Of a DNA stretch of 64,000 nt, positions 48,190 to 62,788 are shown in pieces (the first letter of the stretch is position 1; every line of letters begins with the position of its first letter). The position numbers were made by a program, and so were the translations under genes. Below the pieces are notes generated by a model. That model did not search any database and was not told where the DNA came from. It saw only the letters and a program-made list of their open reading frames with translations. The DNA lies in assembly GCA_051362555.1 (NCBI GenBank), contig CM120643.1, positions 21,518,848 to 21,582,847 of the forward strand, written 5' to 3'. The DNA comes from Lingula anatina (taxonomy: Eukaryota > Animalia > Brachiopoda).

Positions 48190-48457
48190 CTTAGACCCCA
48201 TTCCCATACCTATATGGATCTAGCAGGATCAACCCATCTCCGAGGGGTTTCTCGCTAAATTACATTCAGCCTAAGTGGCTCTGATGTCTGGCACGCCTAC
48301 TGAAGCTGTTAAGGGGTAATTAACTATCATTTAGCAGCTTCAGTAGGCCTGATAGACATCTAAACCACTTCATCTGAATGCAATTTAGGGAGAATCCCCT
48401 CAGAGATAGGCCAATCCTGTGAGATCAATCTTGGTATATATGGAAATGGGATCTAAG
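48190..48457. mobile_element. Fold-back MITE-like element (long imperfect palindrome)
   Basis: The arms pair along their length: CTTAGACCCCATTCCCATA/TATGGAAATGGGATCTAAG, CTAAATTACATTCAG/CTGAATGCAATTTAG, GCCTACTGAAGCTG/CAGCTTCAGTAGGC. The centre is at ~48320. Confidence 0.8.
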
Positions 48458-50424
48458 TTTACCCAGAAGAACTTGCCTATAGTGATGGTGCAATTATTGC
48501 CTGCTACAACAGACAACAATCGACCAAACAATGTATTTTGATCCCCAGACATGGGGTTCTGCGACAGACTACATTATTCATGAAAACGGACTAGTATAAA
48601 GAAAGTATTCTCAAGGGGGAATTGATTCTGACCCAGAGATGTGCTTAGAAAAAAGGATTAGATGAGTCAAAGGTAAATGTAATTACGTTAGGTCGCTCTT
48701 CTTGATCTGTCACTTAAATGATTGGTTTCAACATGCAGACATGATGAGCGAAGTAAATTACACATTTTTCCCTTTTCTTTTTTATTCTTTCCTCCATGTC
48801 CATATCCTCCCTACTGGTAAAAATCCTCATTGACCTATCCTAAGTTTCAGAGATCACTGGAAACATGCCTTTGTCATCCAGGACACTGAACTGGACAGAG
48901 CTAGGCATGCTGATAATGGAGATGAGTTTCCATTGGGGGACATCTCGATAATCTGAAGGTTCTTTGGTCCAAAAAATCATTTGTAGGCACCTCTGATGAA
49001 CTTCACTTTATTACCAAAAAACTATACACTTTATTCATGCATTAATTCGGACTGTCGAACCTTCGGTCCAACGAACCTTTGGACTATTGCCATGGCCCCT
49101 TCCACAGACTTTTGAAACTCAGGGTGCATTAATTGGGATAACCAATTATATCTGAATTACAACAGAGTGACATATGTCAGCTACCAGGCCTGGCAAAGAT
49201 ATCGATTCAAGTGTAGTCCAATCAATATGTTTGCCGTGACAAACCAAGGGAACTTTTTTTTCTCAATTTTAGAATTGATGCATCTTGATGGAAAATATTT
49301 CTGAATTGCCTCATCCTAAGTGCAGATACATTTATCTTTTGAACCAACACAGGTATGAAATTAAAATTAGGTGTTGTAGCGAGGCTCAAATAATCTAATT
49401 CAGTAAGCCATCAGTGATTTATAGAAGGCTTGGTGATATGAACCCAACAGTGTCTCTGTTGTAACACTTGTTAGTCCAGTGATACATTCAAAAATTATTT
49501 ATATAAAGTTAAAATATTATATAACATGTCTTCCAATTATTGTACCAAAATGAGAGAGAAAAATATCCTACAGCACTACAAATGTAGTGAAGTCTAAATC
49601 TGTCTTAACATACATGTGTTTCCTTTCAAAATATAAAACTAAACATGTATTTCTCTTCTCCAAAATTGCCTCTATCTCTGGGGATCCCATGTCACAGTGA
49701 TGAACAGCATACCTTGCCCATTGAGAGTTACACTTAATGGTCAATTTACTCATGAAGTACTTGGGCCAGAATCTGACCTCTCTAATGACCCTTTAAATAC
49801 ACTTAAGTGAGATCAGATGAAACTAAACCAGCTGGCCAGCTGGTCAATTACAAGTTGAAACACTTTTTTCTCCCCACGGCTGCCCAATGCCTTATGGAGA
49901 GCCACACTTTCTCTCCTGCTATACCTACTTCCATCTGGTTGTAATGGCATTTTCATTCAATAGAGGGCACTCCAATTTTGTCATTAATTTTATTAAATCA
50001 ATTGAAAACTAATTTAATCATTTTGAGTCATTAAAAATTAACTGAACTTTTGATTTTAATTAAAATATACTTTGATCGTGATTTTCACTTGCTCCCTTTC
50101 ATGCCACTGTTGGAACATGTTTTTAACCAAACACAAAATTGTTTAGTCCTGTTTTAAAACTGACATACCCAGGTTTGCCACTTTTAAGAATACACTCATG
50201 GTTTTCAGCTACAACTAATGATTTTTATTTACAGGGATAACAAGTGAAAACAAAGGAAACTGATAGTCAACAGGCTGTAAAAAATGTGTAGTTGCAAAGA
50301 AACACCAAACATGAACACTACCATGGTAATATACGTATCCCTGACTTTGTTTGAATGCTTATGGCATATTTTGATGTACTGAATTTTGTCGCTGGCTGGA
50401 AAGGGTGAAAAACAATAGAATCTC

Positions 50425-50925
50425 ATTTTAGCCTCTGAAATTCAGGCTGTATATTGTTTACCACAGGACAAGATCCTCTCTGCCAATATAACCAAAAACG
50501 GGAACCATTTTAGGCTCTGAAGCTCTGACTGTGCATCATGTACCATAGGATGAGATCCTCTCTGCCAATTTGGGCCTGCCAACATAACCAAAAACAGAGG
50601 TGGGTTTTAGGCCCTGAAACTCAGGGCAAATGCAGTTAACCAAAGAAAAGGATGTTCTGCCAAGATAACCAAACAACAGAGGCAATCTGTAGCTCTGAAA
50701 CTCTGGATGTGTGTAATAAACCACATAACCATAGAAAACCTGCTCTGCCAAGATTAATAAATATCAATATCTAGGCTCTGAATATCAGGGTTAATGTAGT
50801 TACATAACCATACAAGGTGAAATGCTCTGCCAACCTAACACAAAAACAGAAGCACTTTTTAGACTTCTGAAACTTGGGGTGAATTACATCAGTTAACCAT
50901 ATGATGAACCTCTCTCTGCCAGGAA
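50425..50925 (+). repeat. Old degenerate tandem repeat, ~80-98 bp x6
   Basis: CTCTGAA..C...G ... ACCA ... CTCTGCCAA ... CCAAAAAC units start near 50433, 50515, 50613, 50693, 50776 and 50866. Confidence 0.75.
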
Positions 50926-53900
50926 TTATAAGAACATGCAGCTGTGGACAGACCCCAAGGAGCTTTGGTTCAGTGTTTATATCAATTTTATGTCATGCTC
51001 AAGCAATTAATTCACAGATGTAGCCAAAATACATACCAAAAACACAGGAAAACAGTGCCCAGGACCAAAACTAAGTAATACATATTGTATGCAAATGGGT
51101 TTGATCAAATAGTTCAGATACTTGACTTAACTGCATTGCTTGTAACTTTTTAAACTTTTTAAACTTTTTATCACTGAATATGATGCTGATAAATATATTG
51201 CACTATCCTTATATTATCCAACAAACAAATTCACTTAGTAGACTGCTCACATAGTGGGAATGAAAGTACATACTAAATGTAGACTAGGCAAAACTGACAT
51301 TAGAACCATACATTTTCAGAGACTCCAAAAATGAAAAAAAAAAACATTCAGGGATTTCACTAATCACCTTTTGTCACTTGAGAAAAACCCTTTCTCTTGT
51401 CTCAGCATGTTTACACCATCTTATTATATTAATTGTATTCAGAAAGGACCCTCTAGGGATAGTGATCATAATTTGATTACTACCCATTTTCTGGTTGCTA
51501 CTGTTATTAGCTATCTGGTGAGTAATTCTTAATTTCTCATCACTAGATTAATTCTTATGAGCACATTTAGGACTAATGCATAATCATTTTATACGCAAAT
51601 AGTGCGTAGTAGTAAAATGATACATTGGCTGCAGATTGATTGGTCAGTTATGACCACAGAGCACTACCTAATGGCTGCATTCTGTTTTACCTCTGCAGAT
51701 GTTACTTTCCATGACTTGGTGCATTTATTTCCATGTACAGTTTAACAAATTGGGTCATTATTATGAATTTTGGATTTTAAATGCCACATATCAATATTGA
51801 TGAATCGGTGATTTGTGTTCATCATCCATGTAAGATATAGAGCAATTCTTTTCAGCTTTTCACCTTAAAAATGTTCTGCAAATATTGCTATATTGACCAC
51901 CCTTTCTAGTTTCTTTAATTAACTGTATTAAGTCATAATTTAATATCAAAGCAAGTAGCCATTCTTTCGTTTTTTTTTTTGTTTTTTTTTGTATCTTTTA
52001 AACTGCCCAACTTTTTTTTATCAGATTTAGCTATATTTTCTTTCCATTTTAGATTTAGCCATACTGTCTGTATAGAGGCATAAAGCATAGTTTTTCTATA
52101 TTCAGAAATAGGTATAACACCTGTAGGATGCATGAATGCAGACAATTTGGTGTCCATATCATCACGGAAACAGTATCAGATGTACTCAGAGTTCAGCCAG
52201 GGGTCTACATAACCATCTCCAGGGAGTTTTGCCCATGCAACTCCATCATCAAGCTAGAAGTCATTTTCCAAGAATCATACAATATAGATTAAGTAATTTT
52301 GCAAAACTTTGAGTTTTAAAGAATTATCTTTGGTTGGAAGTACCTTGTATTACTTCTGAGAATATCATGAAGATTACTATTTGTCTACAAGGTTATCTGC
52401 TTTGAGGGAAATTGAATCCCCACAGATCACGCACTTCTCAGGAAACAGGTAGATGCAAGATGTCCATATGAGCATAGGTATGCAAGGGGCTATAACAAGA
52501 TTTGAATTTTTTTCTGTGTCTGGGAGCCAGTTTTAGCCCATACCAGCAGGTTTGGTTAAAATTAATTGGGTGAACTTTTTACACCTCTGGGCAGTAATTT
52601 TCAGATGTCTTTGATGTTAACAACAGATTCTGCAGGCCAGGTGGCACAGGCAACAAAGTGGCCAAAGGCTACTTGTTCAAAGTGTTTTTTTACTTGTTCA
52701 CCTTCATGTTTACTTCACATAAAATCCTTTGAGAGGCACGTTCAGAGATAGCCAGTCAGCGGTCTAAAGCATGTCTTATTGCTGTGGATAAATTGGAGCT
52801 GTATTTCTGGAAGTAAAGAATTTCACTAAAACATGATTGGTATTTCTGTATACTCATGCCACTTCATATTTCAGATTGTTGAAGTTATAATAGAAATCAC
52901 AGGGCAAATGATGTTTTCAGAGATGAAAAACATGCATATGTTGAGTTAGCTAAACACATGCTATAGTGTTGTAAAAGAATAAACAGGGTATGTAATCTAT
53001 CAAGTTTTGACAACAGATAGAAGAAAAAATTTTCTGTCATATTTAAAATATGATTGATTGCAGTTTATCTTTTAATTACCACATGATGCAAATCCTAATT
53101 AAATACAGATGTATAATTGGTATCCATTGAAATATATGATTTTTTTAAAAGAAATGATATACAATTTTATTTACAATTTTAATGGAGCATTTCTCCTTTA
53201 CCCAGTGTCCATCTGGAAGTTGCTTTGTAATATGTATTATATATCTTTTTCAGACTAACCTACTTTTCTTGTTATAACATGTTTCAATATATCTTTTTCA
53301 TACTCTCCTACTTTTCTCATTATATAAAACATGTTGCAATTTTTATCCAAGACACTGCGTTAATTGCTGAAGAAGATATTAAGCTATATAAGAAACTGAC
53401 AGGTAACACAGAGAGATTTAGATGACATATAACATCTCAGGCAATGCACTAAGCCATCCACCAGCAGTGCAGGGGCCATAGCAGACCTGTATCAAAGTGA
53501 TTTGTTGTCTGGCAAATGCCTCCAAGATGCTTTCAGGTCATAGATCAGTGACACCTAGCCGGATGTAAAAGTCACGTCTTTGCATCAGAGTGCAAAAGTA
53601 CACTGAAGATTCACTCTATTTTCTTGTACTAAGGCACAATATCCTCACTGCAGGGATGTTCATTTAAAGTGTCATAGAGTGTAAAGGGCACGTGTCAACC
53701 CTCTTGGAAGTCAGCATTTAATAAGAGGCCTAGCTGTGAGGACTATGAGTTTTGCGCACCTTGCTTACTAGGAGGCGTCTATTAAGATTTGTGATTCCAC
53801 ATTTGCCTTAATTATATTGAAGTTCAAATGGAAGTCTTTTATGATGAATATGTTTGGTTACAATAATTAGGTAAAAGTTAATTACCTTATTCCAATATTT

Positions 53901-55271
53901 TACTATTTCAAGATTAATTATTTGAGTTACTTACCAAATTGTTCTTCCTTAAACCTTTCATAAAATAGGAGTATATTAGTATTATTAACAAAAACACTGT
54001 TATGGGGTAAATTATGTCTTAGTTTTATTCAAATTTTTTGATCAATTCCTGTACAATGCACACCTGCGACACATAACAGTGGTCATCTTGTCACAATGTT
54101 CATATTTGTTTTATTTGTCTAATTTTGTTGAAATTAATACAAAGATCATTTATCATCGATATGTTTGGTTATTCACTGTCCTACTTTGAGCAGGGATGTT
54201 TTGAAATAGATTTTACAGAACTGAGTTTGTCACTGACAGTGATTGCCATGGTGATATTGGTAGTAAAAGCAGATGGTATTAAACTCATTTCAGTATACCA
54301 AGCATGAGGGCCATGTAAAATTTAACAGGGACTTTATAAAGATTACATTATGATTTAGATTTCATTTGTTGTGAGTAAAACATATAATAAGCACAGTATA
54401 TATAAATAATATGGATCCCATCAGCAAAACTGTTTCATAGATCAAGCCATTTAAGGTGTCCTAATTTACAAATTAAAATATATTTTAATTGGCATGCCAT
54501 GGGTGCTGCATGCTATACTTAGCTAACTAGGCCATTAACAGCCAAGCCGGTGAAGTGCAGTTTCTGCACTTAGCTTATTTTTTCAACGTCTGCCCTTTTT
54601 TATCCTTTCCCAGCTGTGATTGCATTCCAGGAACAGTTTACATTGGAACTTGTAATTTACAGACAGGGACTTAATTTTATCAAAATATTTTGAATACCTA
54701 GACTTCAGGTGCACTTTCACTGAATTCTTTCCATTAGTGTCACAATTTGAAATGAAGAAAATTCTTGTTTTTATCAAGTCATTTGTAATTGTTTTTTTTT
54801 TAAGGTTAACATTAACATTGCTTGTAGAGTTAATAAACCATATAGTTGTCAGCTTATGAAGACTCAGTACAGGTCTTTTTACTAGTCAAAAAGAAGATCC
54901 AAAAATCCTTTCAAATTCTCAATCTATTAGACAGTTGAAATGTGCAGGCATGAACGTATCTTATGAACTACTCTTTTTAGTTTCTTTCACAGAGGGAAAT
55001 GAACATAACAATATGTTTCTTCAAAAAAAAAAAAAAAATACAAGAAATTCCAAAACATCTTTTAGGTCAATCTCCTCTCAATCCTTGGTGGAATGAGAAT
55101 AGATAAACCCCTTAGCCCAGTCCTTGATTGCCTGTTTGCCCACAGGGGGCACATTTTCAGTGAGGGGCTAACTTTTCACACACACAAAAAAGAAAAGAAA
55201 AAAAAAACGATAATAAAAAATAATTAAGTAAAAAAAATAACAACAGGGGATAAGAAATTTCCCTTCTCCCC

Positions 55272-55386
55272 TTTAGTGGCAGATTTAGGGAGATGTCAGG
55301 GGGGTCCTGACCCCCACTTCGAGGGGGGGGCGGGTCAGCTTCGCATCTGTGGACCCCTCTTCAAATAATCCTGGATCCTCCCTTGC
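55272..55386. mobile_element. Small decayed non-autonomous DNA-transposon remnant
   Basis: Degenerate inverted ends TAGTGGCAGATTTAGG ... CCTGGATCCTCCCTTG with a G/C-rich GGGGGGTCCTGACCCCC core. Confidence 0.45.
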
Positions 55387-56605
55387 CCTTTCCCTTATGC
55401 CTTATGACTGACATGGTAGAAAAAAAGTGTGGGACCAGGGGACCTGACTGTTGATGAGCTCTCCTCCCCCCCCCCCCCCCCCATCCCAGGCCATTGATCT
55501 TAGTGAACTTCATAACAGACATGTACAAATCCAAATATCAGTTTCATTTGCAATACCAATCTTTGACATGCAATGACCAGCTCTCAATCACATCACAACC
55601 TTGACTCAATTTCATCAGAAGCTTAGGATGATGAGATTTATTCTTGTTGTCTCAGAAATTTCGCAAGTGCGTGTAAGCTTACACAACCCAATTATTTTGA
55701 AAGTGCCGGATCACTGGTATAATCTTCTAAGTGTCAATAACTATAAAACCTGACTGTGGCAAGCTTCATTGATTTCCCTTGCTTGGAAGAACTTGTTGAG
55801 GGATTTGCCTTTTATCTGACGAGTCAATATTAGCCTAGATTTGGAAAGTGACACTAATAGGCTGCCAATGAACGCAGGTCAAGAAAAGGCCACACTTAAA
55901 GTAAAGGGATCTTGTTTTAACAAGTAGATAGCACACACTTTTGGAGTGCTTAAATTGTGCCCGCCTGGTGCTTCTTTTGCTGGCTTAACTTAGCACACAG
56001 GGGACTCCAAAAGTATAGGCCAAGGATATATATTCAAATTGGGTATTTATTACCATACATTTCATCAAATCCATGTTAAATACATCATAATTATATGTTA
56101 TCTCAATCCTGATTAAACGGTATATTGTAAGGTGGTGCTGTAGGTTTTGGTATCAAATATTGTGTACCAATATATGATTATATTTTTGACATGATCTGTA
56201 TTAAGCTTAAGTTTGAAATGCCAATAGTTACAAGTAAATACAGTGAAAACATCATTTGCACTATATTTCAATCACCACAGAAGAGGTAATAAGGATATAC
56301 ACACTGTATGGCCCGAGTGAAAACTACAACATCTCAAGCCTCTGAGGTAGATTTATATACCTTGAGCCTGGAATACATGTATCGTATATCTGAGTCAAAT
56401 CTCTAAATATACCAGGGCATGTCTGCAGACGATACCACCTATGGCAAGCACTAAAGATTACTCTCTGTTTGCACCCATTTTTTTAATGACTCAATCATAC
56501 CATCAGCTCAAAAATACAAGTCAATTAAGATAATAGCTTAATTCACAAATTTAGGCACAACATGAAAATTATGACTGCTAAAAGCTAAGATGACAAAACC
56601 CCTTA

Positions 56606-56861
56606 GGGTGCGTTCACAATGTAACTATCATTCTAAATAGTTTGAACTAACTCTGCAGGGACTCCTGTTGAATGCAATCAGATTAAGTGATTTAAGATGT
56701 CTCCTCCTGGCATTGGGAAGAATACAGAAAACCTGGTGATTAAATGAGTACATTGAAAACAAAAGGAGGCGTGTTAATCTGTAAATCTGATTGCATTCAG
56801 CAAGAGTCTTTGCATAACTAGGTTAACTACCTAGTACAATAGCTTCATTGTGAATGCACCC
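56606..56861. mobile_element. PIF/Harbinger (Tourist-like) MITE
   Basis: TIRs GGGTGCGTTCACAATG / CATTGTGAATGCACCC; perfect TTA target-site duplication (56603-05, 56862-64); internal IR TGAATGCAATCAGATT/AATCTGATTGCATTCA. Confidence 0.88.
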
Positions 56862-58339
56862 TTAGTTGCACCCCCCCCCCCCCCCCCTCCACTTTCATGT
56901 GAGGCCCAAGGCATATGAAGTCCTCTGTGCCATACTCTAGGTGTCACACTACTTAAAATATTATATATTTTAGCTGTGAGATCAAGACCATGGCCACAAC
57001 TGCCATGGGATTCCCAATACCATTTCTGTTATTTTGCTGTTCTAGTCAGAAATAAACTGCAATCAGATATTGATCATTTTTTAGTTCTAACACCAAGTAC
57101 AGTGTGACCCCAAGGTATAAATGTTCAGGATATGTTCCAAGAGGTTATTTGTACATTGATTTGTTTATTAGTGCAATATAAGTTTACTATAACATACAAT
57201 TATGCCCAGTAGTACATCACAGCTATGTTATGATAAATTCTTTAAGTCCGCACATGATGTAGAGTGCTGTACAGGAAATTAAGATTACAAACTTTATGGT
57301 AAAGCTAGCAGGAGACCTACACCTCATGCACCAATTTCAACATAATACTCAATTAACCTTTTGGCTTTGCATCTTTTAAAGTTCAAAACTGGACTGTTCA
57401 TAACTCAGGGTCACTCTTTTTATGATTTGTGATAACTTGCTTATTTAAAAAATAAATAAAACCGATGGTATTGGTTTGTCATACCTGAAAAGTTAGGTAA
57501 TTTTTATTTTGAATAACAGATTGGCCTTAAATCAGAAAGTATTTGTTACGTGAGTAACAAAAAAAGGAAGAATCTTGAAAAAAAAATAGCAATATGCTTG
57601 GTGTCTAAAAATTTTGAGTGTGTGTGTTATTGCCCTATCTCACTATATACTGATTCAGGGTGACAGAGTCGTGAGATGTTGGCTTTTGATCATAGAGCAA
57701 GTTTCAGGAAGGTTGTGCTCTGTAAGGAACTTGGATTGTGAGGTGCAAATAATTTCAACTCAGTTTCGTACATTTCTGAAAATAAATACAGCTTTACTGG
57801 GGATTATTTTCTTAAAACTTTTCTCATATTTCTTTGAAAATGTTAACGTCAGGTTCAACATGTGTTTCTGTTTAAGGAAGATTTTTTTAAAAGTCTACTA
57901 GATCAGATTTAAGTACTTTCTTTATACATTCTACACATATTCAAACGATTAAAAAAAGGACACAGATTTCAAGATACAGCAGCTGTATATTCGAGCTGAA
58001 ATCACTCCTTGGTTTCAGTGATTATTACATCGCCTTCCTACCACAGCCATTGGGGTGACTGACCGCTAGGTACCATAACGGTCAATACCCAGTAATTGAT
58101 GTCAGGCTTCTTAATCCCAATATCAATCAGTTTGATGTTTAATTCATCATTTCAAGCGAAAGTTGTTGACCGTGATAGCCACAAGATAATGAAAGTTTAC
58201 AGTTACAATCGTTATCATTGGAGGATTTCTAATGCAATAGCAGCACATTATATCAGGTTATGCACTACAGCAACCCTGCTGTGAGTATGAGTTTCAGTTG
58301 TGTATCTGAGGGTTAGGCAGATAGAACATGTCATGAATG

Positions 58340-58585
58340 TCACTCTGAAAATCAGGGTAATGCTGAGTCACCAGAACTATGACACTCAGACTGATGGAGA
58401 GTCTGCCCTATGGAGAGGAATGTCAGTACAAAAACTGTGAAACTCAGGGTGATGGAGAGCCTCTCCTGGGGAGATGAAAGTCACCTTCAGAACTATTTAA
58501 CTCAGGGTGATGGAGAGTCTCTCCTGGGTAGAAAAAAGTCATTGTTAGAACTTTTCACGGAACTCAGAGTGACGGGGAGCTTGTA
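58340..58585 (+). repeat. Degenerate tandem repeat ~57-62 bp
   Basis: ACTCAG(GG)TGATGGAGAG recurs near 58384, 58443, 58500 and 58562. Confidence 0.75.
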
Positions 58586-61500
58586 GAAGAAAGAAAAAAG
58601 TCAGCATCACCACCCTAAAACCTAATTTTATCTGGTGGCCAATACTGAGGAGGTTCATATTGAGGAGAGTAGACCTATCTTCCATGTAAACACGCCCTTG
58701 AAGAGAAGACAGACATCTCAGGTATTAGGGATGGTACAGCATTGTTCAATTATAGATGCTGTGGGGAAGTTGACAGAATCAGCACATTTTCTTAAATAAT
58801 TGCTTGGGTGTCTCTTGTTTCACCAACTCTTCTGTGAATCTTTAAACAATGTAATCACGTCTTACTTATCATGCAATGATTAAAAATTGAGTACCTGTAG
58901 CTGATAATGCAGAACACTACAAACTAAGTACTTTTATACAATTAAACCACAGCCATACAAACACAGCTTGTTTGGTATAGCATATTTAATTGTATTTCAC
59001 TATGGCATTCACAATGGATCTTTGTTTATATATCATTTTTGTCATTATGTGTCTTTGATGAATACAAGAGTACAAATACATACAAATTCATTCTCCATTC
59101 TTAAATTTTTAATTCCCTGGGTGTTTTGGTTTCTGGAGCTGCCTGCACTGACAGCTAACCTCAGCAATCTGTTTTGTCTGGATGTGAACAGGACCAAACG
59201 AAAACACATTTGCCATACCTAACATGTTGAAGCATTACCCTTTATGGCCACGTTCACATCAAAATCAATGTAGAGCAGACAGAGACTTAATGTTGATCTA
59301 GTTGTAAATGCAAACATATAAAACCACATTTTCTGCACTGTTAGTAGTGTATTAAGTTCCAAGTATTATTTTTAAGTAAGCCTGTATTCACACTAAAGTC
59401 ATCCTCGACTCAATGTTAGACAGGTTGTGAATGCAATCTTATAAAAACACATTCTGTGCACTTAGTGCTGTATTAAGTCTGAAGCAGTATGAAGTAAGAA
59501 GTCATTTAAAGTGTATGTGCCCTGATTATCTGCCTGACCCAGCATTGCCATCACTAGGCTAGATATTGATTTTACCACAGTCGGGTTGGCCACGGATTTA
59601 ATATGTCTGACTATAGGGATGTATTATATCTTTTTTCTTTCTTCACGGGTTCTATTGAGGTGAAATATTGGAGGTATAGGGCAGATGCTTCATTTGCCTT
59701 GATCTAACAATGTTTTGTGAAAACATTCTTGACAAGACGTGCATTGAAAACAACTTTTGTCATTTTTTCAATAGTTTTTGTTGGGCATCTGTACCTGGAA
59801 AATCCATCCCTGTGCTTGGTCATTTCATTTTTCTAGAATAATGTATATCCAATCATTTATTGCCATTTCTAGACTTCCCAAGCAGTTTATTTTTCTTATG
59901 TGGCAAAATGTTTTATTTGGCTTTTGAAAATGCTATTCTGACCCCACTTTTCTGAACACTGGTAACCGGATTCCTGTGTTACAATCTCTGACACTATGGT
60001 TCTTTCCTGTTGTTGTCTTTAGTCGCAATTATTGGTTGGTTTATATCTTGTCCTGTAACAAGTCTTATACCTACAGTTTGACATGAGTTAGTTGTCAGCA
60101 CAATGCACAGAACAGGGTAATTAAAAAATCATTACAGTCAATTTGTTTTTGTCGCAAGATTTATCATCATATAACTTGCATTGACATTTCTGCACGTATG
60201 AATATGTATGAGGGACCAGGAAATTGAGGATGTTTATCTCATCTCAGGAGAATTCCCCTGGAAAATGGAGTCGAATCTGGACTTTTTTCTGCCTGCAATA
60301 GTATTGCATACGATATATGCCAGACGTCTGAGATTGGGATTAATAAAAAAAGCTGCATGTTTGGTCGAAGATAAACACTGCCCGACTCTGCACTAACAAA
60401 GCGTGTGTGTGTGCGCACACATGTGCATGTGTGGCCATAGTTGAAGAAATTTTGCCAGATATATATATTTTACAGTCATGGCTAACCCAAAAGGACTGGT
60501 TAAAGTATTCTTAGCAAGGAGTGATTTAGGTCATCAGCTGCCTAGTAATCGTTGCGTTTTCCTTCCCTGCAATATCTATTACATGCAAGCATGCTGAGCG
60601 AAATAATGCAAATAAAAAAATCATAATAACTACCCTTTGCAAATCCTCTGTCCGCCGGTGTATATGAATGATTTGGCTAAGATAGATTGTGATATAATAC
60701 ATAATATTAATCTTTTGTATTTTTTCCAAAATTTCCAGAATTCCTTGTTTTTCATTCCTCAGGTGGTAGAGCAAATCTGACACGGAAAAAAGGAAAGTGA
60801 AAGCAATGATTTATGCAGGGTACTAAGTGTTCATTACATCAGTTTCTACAAACGAGTCCAATCTTGGACCACACAAACACACCGCTGAGGTGTGCCGCAG
60901 TCTTACCGCGTGCTCTCTGAGAAACAGAAGTGGAAAGAAACAGGATCGCGTTACCAAGAGATACCAATCCCCTGAGCAATACCAAGAACCTGCCAAAATA
61001 CAATACGGTTACTCATACAGGTGGATTTCACAGATACTTGCATGTAAAAAGGATAGCGGGTAGAGGGGGGGACAATTCCACTTAATGTCAAAACAGCATA
61101 ATGAATGGAATAAATGACAATTACTCTGATCACCTCCACTTTTTTGTGTTCATCATATAGACGTTATCGAATAAAATAAAATGACAACGTTGTGTTATAG
61201 TTCTATCTGCGCGTTTGTTTTACCAAGGTTACACAATATCTTTATCGTTTATCGTCGATTAATTTATGTTTTAACAATACATTTGGATTCGTATGTTTTA
61301 AGTCCTTAAATATCCTCTGGTAATGTTCCATTGCGGGACAGTGTTATAATTTGTATTGTTATTAGACTTTCAAAAATGTTGTATAAACCATTACACAAGT
61401 TTCCTTTAATTTGCAGTAGACCTAACGTTATTTTCTTCTAGGAAACATGCATCAAAAAGACATTGGACGTACATTTTTGCCCTAGTTATCAGGAAAATAT

Positions 61501-62402
61501 CCCATTAGGCCACACAAAAATCATCAGTTGGTTAACGAGAGCGACCGCCCTAATTTTGAGGAAATCCATTTTTTCCCGCACATATGCTTTTAAATAGAAT
61601 AGTGCATTGAGTATTGGTTTGGTAAGTGGGGAAAAATGTACAATTTACATCAGGAAAACTTGTTTCAAGTTCAATACTAAACTACACTATGGATTTGCAC
61701 GAAAAATATATAAAACGCCTTACAAAACGCCGACCGACTTAAAAATGTACTTGCTGCGTTCTTCTCATATTATAAAAAAACAAATAATAATTATAATATT
61801 AAATTCAGACTAATGATCCTGTTTACAGAGTCACCACTCGTCAACCAACTTATCAGTTTGATGTGGCCGGCTGTCGTGGAAATTCAACTCAACCCCCAAG
61901 TAGCGTTCTGCAGTAAAAAAACGGCAATTTGGGAGCTATCACTTAAATGCTTAAAAACGTAGCATTGATCACATATTTCTGCATCAAATTATTACGTAAA
62001 GACGAATTTGCACCAGGCAAAATGTTTACACACTGCCTTCACAAACCTAAAAAAAACGATTATCATTTCAATGTCAATATTCCACAATAATATCTCATAA
62101 GATGTAGATCACAAACTAATGTTAAAAGGTGACACCAAGCTGCAGCCTATATTCAACAATCTAATTGCAAATCGTCGAGCTCTAAATGTGTCTCATTCAT
62201 GAATTCATCAATTGGTTTTCAATTTGTTCCCTATTTGCGTGTCTCTGCCTTCCTTCACGCCATTATTCTTACATTAATGTATTATTTTATTCATTCATTA
62301 CGTCACGTATTATTCATTAATTTCTTTTTGAACGTATTTAAAACTCGATTTTATTAAAAGTATAAATATACGCAATCAATCACACGCACGCGTGCGCAGG
62401 CG

Positions 62403-62410
<8 letters not shown>

Positions 62411-62455
<45 letters not shown>
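62411..62455. repeat. (CA)n microsatellite preceded by (CG)n
   Basis: cgcgcgcgcg followed by ~22 CA units. Confidence 0.97.
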
Positions 62456-62458
<3 letters not shown>

Positions 62459-62582
62459 CTTCAAGAGTTCACGGAACTAACTGCAAGGCTTGACCACGTT
62501 GCTAATCCCTTGAAACTCCGGAAACATCTTTTATTCCAGGAAGATAAATTGGAGAGACATGGCGTGTAGGCTGAGCATTATG

Positions 62583-62596
62583 GTTGCTATGGCAAC
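62583..62596. promoter_or_regulatory. RFX X-box motif
   Basis: GTTGCTATGGCAAC is a near-perfect palindrome matching the RFX consensus GTTRCCATGGYAAC with one mismatch. Confidence 0.55.
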
Positions 62597-62786
62597 TCTA
62601 GATAGTCTCCTGGCTACCTGAATAGGTAGTGTTAACAGGAAGAAGAGAAAATGATGTAAGACATGCATGGTACAGAGGTCTGACGGCGCGCATGGACGCA
62701 GTCTGTTCAGCTACAATGGATGCTTATTTGACAAGCATTCTGCCGCAGAAATAGGTAAATTGTGCCTATTGTGTCTGATGTGTTTT

Positions 62787-62788
<2 letters not shown>

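Noticed and set aside
59240-59485. Two ~135-bp diverged tandem units with small hairpins
   Set aside because: Similarity is weak and there is no clear TSD; not confidently a MITE.
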